From: Candidatus Rokuibacteriota bacterium
GTDB lineage: Bacteria; Methylomirabilota; Methylomirabilia; Rokubacteriales; CSP1-6
Reading direction: 5' to 3'
Assembly: GCA_016184305.1 (NCBI GenBank)
Contig: JACPCX010000113.1
Location: forward strand, 1-22,661
DNA length: 22,661 nt
In this document: piece by piece, positions 18,775 to 22,661 of the stretch
Layout: each line of letters opens with the position of its first letter
Numbering within the stretch: the stretch's first letter is position 1
Translations under genes and position numbers: made by a program
The notes under the pieces: generated by a model
What the model was told of the DNA's origin: nothing
Seen by the model: the letters and a program-made list of their open reading frames with translations, nothing else
The model's database searches: none

Positions 18775-18790
18775 CCACTACATCTTGTAG
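18775..18790. promoter_or_regulatory. NrdR-box-like palindrome
   Basis: CCACTACATCTTGTAG resembles the NrdR consensus acaCwAtATaTwGtg; single copy only. Confidence 0.4.
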
Positions 18791-18946
18791 GGCCTTCACC
18801 GTTCCCCGGTTCCCGTCTCTCCGTCTCTCTCCTGATGCAGGGGAACGGGAGCGGTCATGGGCGGTCCCTCCTCGTGTCCGGTGTCGCGGGCGTGAACGGG
18901 ATTGCCGTCAGGACGGTGAAGGGCGGGGCCAGTGTAATCCAAGTCC

Positions 18947-18995
18947 GGGGTCCGGTCCTGCAATCGCACATTGCTGCAATGCAAGACCTGACCCC
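18947..18995. repeat. 49-bp palindromic element, copy 1
   Basis: GGGGTCCGGTCCTGCAATCGCACATTGCTGCAATGCAAGACCTGACCCC; 45/49 identical to copy 2. Confidence 0.92.
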
Positions 18996-19012
18996 CCGGG
19001 GTCCGGCCGGGA

Positions 19013-19018
19013 TACAAT
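19013..19018 (+). promoter_or_regulatory. Putative -10 hexamer TACAAT for the nucleotidyltransferase (leaderless-type)
   Basis: TACAAT ends 8 nt before GTG 19027; no SD in between. Confidence 0.5.
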
Positions 19019-19026
19019 GGCGGTCG

Positions 19027-19527
19027 GTGACGATTTTCTACGAGGATGTTCTGAGGGCGCTGGACGCGGCCTCGATCCGATTCGTCCTGGTCGGTGGCGT
19101 CGCCGTGATCCTGCATGGCGTGCCCCGCACGACGGCGGACCTCGACCTCGTGATCGACCTCGAGCAGGACAACGCGCGTCGGTTCGTCGCGGTCATGACC
19201 CAGCTCGGGTTCGTTCCGCGCGCGCCGGTCGAGGCAGCCGATCTGGCCAGCGCCGATCGGCGCCGAGACTGGGTCGCCGACAAGCACATGTTGGCGTTCA
19301 CCTTCCACCGGCCCGGGCGGCCGCTCGACGAGGTGGATGTCCTGATCGACCCGCCGGTGCCCTTCGCCGAGATGGCGGCCGGCGCGGACCTCGTGGAAGC
19401 CGAGGGATTGCGCCTGCCGATCGCGGGCATCCGTCATCTGATCCGGATGAAGGAGCACGCCGGGCGAGCGCAGGATGTGGCGGACGTCGATGCCCTGCGC
19501 CGTCTGCTGGAGGCTTCGGGTGAGTGA
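19027..19527 (+). CDS. Pol-beta-superfamily nucleotidyltransferase, AbiEii/MenT-like putative toxin
   Basis: LVGGVAVILHGVPRTTADLDL, EVDVL, LIRMKEHAGRAQDVADVDAL (GG..R.T.DxD and K....R..D..D motifs). Likely GTG start at 19027, 166 aa. Confidence 0.8.
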   Translation: MTIFYEDVLRALDAASIRFVLVGGVAVILHGVPRTTADLDLVIDLEQDNARRFVAVMTQLGFVPRAPVEAADLASADRRRDWVADKHMLAFTFHRPGRPLDEVDVLIDPPVPFAEMAAGADLVEAEGLRLPIAGIRHLIRMKEHAGRAQDVADVDALRRLLEASGE

Positions 19528-19705
19528 TCCGGGTCTCCGGCGTGGGGTGACGCGCGCCTACCCGGTCGAGCAACTGCTCGCCTTCCGGGCCCTGCCGGCG
19601 GCCGACAAGCTGCGATGGCTCGAGGAGATGCGGCAGTTCCTCGATCGGTTCCTCACGCCCGAGCGAAAGGCCCTGATGGCCCGCTTTCGCCGCGGCGAGC
19701 TCTAA
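19520..19705 (+). CDS. Small helical protein (61 aa), putative partner/antitoxin of the nucleotidyltransferase
   Basis: GGAGG RBS at 19509-19513; GTG 19520 overlaps the upstream gene by 8 bp; sequence (M)SDPGLRRGVTRAYPVEQLLAFRALPAADKLRWLEEMRQFLDRFLTPERKALMARFRRGEL. Confidence 0.7.
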   Translation: MSDPGLRRGVTRAYPVEQLLAFRALPAADKLRWLEEMRQFLDRFLTPERKALMARFRRGEL

Positions 19706-19707
19706 CT

Positions 19708-19756
19708 GGGGTCAGGTCTTGCAATCGCGCATTGCTGCAATGCAAGACCTGACCCG
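19708..19756. repeat. 49-bp palindromic element, copy 2
   Basis: Perfect 15-bp arms GGGTCAGGTCTTGCA (19709-19723) and TGCAAGACCTGACCC (19741-19755) around a 17-nt spacer. Confidence 0.92.
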
Positions 19757-19915
19757 CTACCGGAAGCCGAAGCCGCGGGCCATGAAGGCCGCAACGAAGA
19801 CGATCACCACCACGACGACCATCTCGATGCGGGTGAGGATGTAGAGGACGGGGGCCGGCGAGGTGTCCGGCGCCTGCCCGAGGGCCCGCAAGCGGCGCCA
19901 GCGGTAGATGGCGCC
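19757..19915 (-). pseudogene. 3' remnant of a DUF2214-like membrane protein
   Basis: Manual translation ...GAIYRWRRLRALGQAPDTSPAPVLYILTRIEMVVVVVIVFVAAFMARGFGFR* (RWR...E...MARGxG ending); in-frame TGA just upstream and no proper N-terminus. Confidence 0.6.
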
Positions 19916-20092
19916 CCCACCCCTCGAATCCCCTCATGCGCCGGCGAGCACCCCTCGCCCTTGACGAGCGCGAATACAAGGCTGACGGAACCTCGCGAGA
20001 CCAGAGTCCCCCGCCCCTTGGACGTGAACACGCGCAACCGAGACACTTGGAGAGACACACCACGACTTGACACGGCCAGCCGGCTTCATACA

Positions 20093-20163
20093 AGGCATCA
20101 TGAACGGTGTGTGGCGTGGCGGAGGCCCTGGGGGGGCGCGGAGAACGTGACAGAACCGCCCCT
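20093..20163 (+). repeat. 71-bp direct repeat, copy A (ends in IS6-like terminus AACGTGACAGAACC)
   Basis: AGGCATCATGAACGGTGTGTGGCGTGGCGGAGGCCCTGGGGGGGCGCGGAGAACGTGACAGAACCGCCCCT; recurs at 21325-21396. Confidence 0.88.
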
Positions 20164-20197
20164 TATCGAACGTCCCGCATAGGAGCCGTGGGCACAG

Positions 20198-20362
20198 CCA
20201 GTACTCGTCGAAATCCCCGCTCGCGCGCAGCGCCCTCAGCTTCAGGACCGCCTCGGTGCAGTGCAGCCCCCAGCGCGCCCCCGTCAGCTCCATGCGGTCG
20301 CGGACGAGGTGCCGACACGCCCCCTCGACCACGCCCAAGGCGATGGGGGAACCCGCCGCCGG
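20198..20362 (-). mobile_element. ISKra4-family transposase C-terminal remnant
   Basis: AAGSPIALGVVEGACRHLVRDRMELTGARWGLHCTEAVLKLRALRASGDFDEYW matches the PIxxGxxEGAC(R)HLVxDRM..TGARW motif; about 55 codons only. Confidence 0.8.
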
Positions 20363-20422
20363 AAATGTGTTATGTTTTTACCGACACCGAGAGAAAAAAA
20401 CGAGCCTGCAGGGGGAACGGCC

Positions 20423-20638
20423 ATGGCGAGGATGGTAAAAGGTACGGTGAAAGGTCACGTCGTCGTGCTCGAGGAAGGAGCAGCTCTTCCCGACGGGGCT
20501 ACCGTGACGGTTCGACTCTCCTCTAAGGAGTCCTGGTTGAAGCATGCCGGCGTGTGGGTGGACCGGGAGGAACCGGACGAGATTCTGCGGGACATCTATC
20601 GCACGAGAACCAGTAAGGTCGAAGGACCTCACATGTGA
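20423..20638 (+). CDS. Putative VapB-type antitoxin (AF2212/DUF104-like N-terminus), 71 aa
   Basis: MARMVKGTVKGHVVVLEEGAALPDGATVTV...WLKHAGVWVDR; RBS GGGGG; stop overlaps the vapC start (GTGA). Confidence 0.75.
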   Translation: MARMVKGTVKGHVVVLEEGAALPDGATVTVRLSSKESWLKHAGVWVDREEPDEILRDIYRTRTSKVEGPHM

Positions 20639-21039
20639 GGTACCTCGTCGACACCGATCACGCCGTTGCTCTGCTCCGTAATCATCCTCCCGTCCGGTCC
20701 AGAATCGAAGCCCTCCCGGATGACGTTGAACTCCACATCAGCATCATCACGGCAGCAGAGTTGTTCTACGGCGCGTATCTGGCGCAAGACGCGTCACGCA
20801 GGGTTCAACAGGTGAAGCGTTTCCTCGCCGACGTGGATACCCTCGGGTTAGACCTGGAGGCGACGGAGATTTACGGGAGGCTCAAGGCTGAGTTGAGACA
20901 ACGAGGCCAGCTGATCGAAGACAACGACCTCTACATCGCGAGCATCGCCCTGAGGCACGATCTGATCCTGCTGACTGGAAACACAAGACACTATGAACGC
21001 CTGCCTGCCCTCCGGTTAGAAACCTGGTTGAAATTGTAG
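20635..21039 (+). CDS. vapC: VapC-family PIN-domain ribonuclease toxin
   Basis: YLVDTD, ISIITAAELFYGA, IEDNDLYIASIAL, LLTGNTRHYERL; acidic PIN residues present. Confidence 0.92.
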   Translation: MRYLVDTDHAVALLRNHPPVRSRIEALPDDVELHISIITAAELFYGAYLAQDASRRVQQVKRFLADVDTLGLDLEATEIYGRLKAELRQRGQLIEDNDLYIASIALRHDLILLTGNTRHYERLPALRLETWLKL

Positions 21040-21073
21040 GCCACCTTGTTGACCTCCCCGAGGAGGCGCCGGG

Positions 21074-21313
21074 ATGGCTGATCTCAGCCGCATCGTGATA
21101 GACCCCGCGATCAGGCATGGCAAGCCTTGCATTCGGGGCACTCGTATCCCTGTGACAACGATCCTTGATCTGTTGGCTGGGGGTTCGACCCATGAGGAGA
21201 TTCTTGCCGACGATCCGGATCTAACCCGGGAGGATATTCAGGCCGCCATTGCTTACGCCGCCCGCTTGGCCCACGACGAAGTCGGAGAGATGGAGCCGCA
21301 TGAAGTCCCCTGA
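21074..21313 (+). CDS. DUF433 family protein (antitoxin-like HTH)
   Basis: RIVIDPAIRHGKPCIRGTRIPVTTILDLLAGG...EEIL...DLTREDIQAAIAYAA; RBS AGGAGG. Confidence 0.92.
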   Translation: MADLSRIVIDPAIRHGKPCIRGTRIPVTTILDLLAGGSTHEEILADDPDLTREDIQAAIAYAARLAHDEVGEMEPHEVP

Positions 21314-21324
21314 GTGCGGAGCGT

Positions 21325-21396
21325 AGGCATCATGAACGGTGTGTGGCGTGGCGGCGGCCCTGGAGGGGGCGCGGAGAACGCGACAGAACCACCCCT
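21325..21396 (+). repeat. 72-bp direct repeat, copy B
   Basis: AGGCATCATGAACGGTGTGTGGCGTGGCGGCGGCCCTGGAGGGGGCGCGGAGAACGCGACAGAACCACCCCT; 3 substitutions and 1 indel versus copy A. Confidence 0.88.
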
Positions 21397-21512
21397 GATG
21401 TGAGACACGGAAAAGGGTGACATCCTGCAAGGGGAGGACGGGATGTCCAGACCAGGGGCTCGTGTCTTCAGCTGGACCTCTTTGAGCGGCCTGCGGGTTT
21501 TTCAGCGGCGTG

Positions 21513-22661
21513 CTAGACCCCGGTCACCAGGATCAAGTACAGGTCCAGCAAGTTGGTGTTGGTGGGTCCCGTGACCACCAGATCCCCGAGGCCTGCGAAG
21601 ACGGCGTGGGAGTTGTTGTCCTCGAGGCGCGCGCGGAGATCGTACCCCTGAGCCAGGGCCCGCGCCGCTGTGTTGCCGTCGGCGAGGGCGCCGGCGGCGT
21701 CGGTGGGGCCGTCGGTGCCGTCCGTGCCGGCCGCCAGGACCACGATCCCGTCGAGCCCGTCCATCGCCAGGGCGAGCGCCCGCCCTTCCCCCGTCCCTTC
21801 ACCGTCACCGTGGTCTCCCCTGCCGCGATCAGGCAACCGGGAAGGGCCACCAGCCCGCCCCCGGCCTGGATCTCCTGGGCGAGCGCGACGAAGCGGCCCG
21901 CCGCCTCGCGGGCCTCCCCCTCCAGCGACCTCGTGAGGACATGCGGGTTGAGCCCGAGCCGGCGCGCCTCGGCCACGGCCGCCTCCACGACGAGCTGGTT
22001 GTTCCCGATGACGACGTTCTGGACCCTGTCGAAGATGCGGTCCCCGGGCTTGGGGGTCTCTGGAATCTCGCCCCGCAACCCACGCTGGAGACGGTCGAGC
22101 ACGGACGCCGGGACCTGGTCGCGGATCCCCAGCCGCGCCAGGATGGCCATGGCCTGGGCGAAGGTGGACTCGTCCGGCGCGGTGGGGCCGGAGCCGATCA
22201 CGTCCAGCCGGTCGCCGATCACGTCGGAGAGGAGCAGGGCATGCACCCGCGCGGGAGCGGCCGCCCGGGCGAGCTGGCCGCCCTTGAGCCGCGAGCAGTG
22301 CTTTCTCACCGCGTTGAGCTGGGTGATGGTCGCCCCGGCCGAGAGGAGGAGCCTCGTGAGCGCCCGCTTCTCCTCGAGGGTGATGGGCGGAACCGGGGCC
22401 GGAGTCAGCGCCGAGCCGCCCCCCGAGATGAGGACCAGCACCAGGTCGTCCTCGCCGGCGGCGCTGACCAGGCCGTGGATCTCGCGCGCCGCCTTCGCAC
22501 CCCGCTCGTCGGGCACGGGATGGCCGGCCTCCACCAGGCGAATCCGGCGGGTGGGGGCGCGGTAGCCGTCCTTGACCGCCACCAGGCCGCCGGCGATGCG
22601 ATCGCCCACCGTCTCCTCGACGGCCGCGGCCATGGCGCCCGAGGCCTTCCCCGCCCCCACC
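21513..22661 (-). pseudogene. Glycerate 2-kinase (GckA/TtuD, DUF4147 + MOFRL), frameshifted near 21778; 5' end outside the window
   Basis: GAGKASGAMA, AGHPVPD, LISGGGSAL, RKHCSRLKGG, SDVIGD, IGSGPT and GETTVTVKGRGKGGR lie in one frame; ALALA...GTDGTDGPTDAAGA...TGPTNTNLLD lies in another. Confidence 0.82.

Noticed and set aside
18586..19026. N-terminal 147 aa of the 313-aa ORF
   Set aside because: It reads through REP-like repeats and regulatory sequence; the recognisable domain starts near GTG 19027.
18947..19756. Integron attC sites or a CRISPR array
   Set aside because: No matching RYYYAAC...GTTRRRY pair and no integrase; only two copies 761 bp apart, with no spacer-sized units or cas genes.
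21440..21516. Short plus-strand frame containing QLDLF (beta-clamp-like motif) and a GACATCC/GGATGTC stem
   Set aside because: No credible in-frame start or further similarity; may be chance or an unrecognisable remnant.

Overview
High-GC bacterial chromosomal window with nearly all genes on the minus strand. Read from right to left, the order is as follows. (1) A frameshifted MOFRL-type glycerate kinase (>22661-21513). (2) An approximately 3 kb accessory island (about 18420-21500) built from two repeat-bounded cassettes. One is a nucleotidyltransferase plus a 61-aa partner between two 49-bp palindromes. The other is a vapBC-like pair plus DUF433 between two 71/72-bp direct repeats. The island also holds ISKra4 and DUF2214 remnants, a REP-like doublet, a DnaA-box cluster and an NrdR-like box. 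(3) A tightly coupled operon rlmN-mtaB-mtnP-pfkB-larE-larB-larC, which encodes nickel-pincer cofactor synthesis with no larA in the window. (4) Only 61 bp further on, a form II coxSLM-like molybdenum hydroxylase with its maturation genes (mocA, coxD, coxE, xdhC, moeA-like). This cluster is interrupted by a PstS-like binding protein and a hybrid histidine kinase. The best candidates for novelty are the palindrome-bounded toxin-antitoxin-like cassette, the LarA-less larEBC block linking RNA-modification/SAM-salvage genes to a Mo-enzyme cluster, and the binding-protein/kinase sensor inside that cluster. All family calls come from motif recognition by eye; no searches were run.
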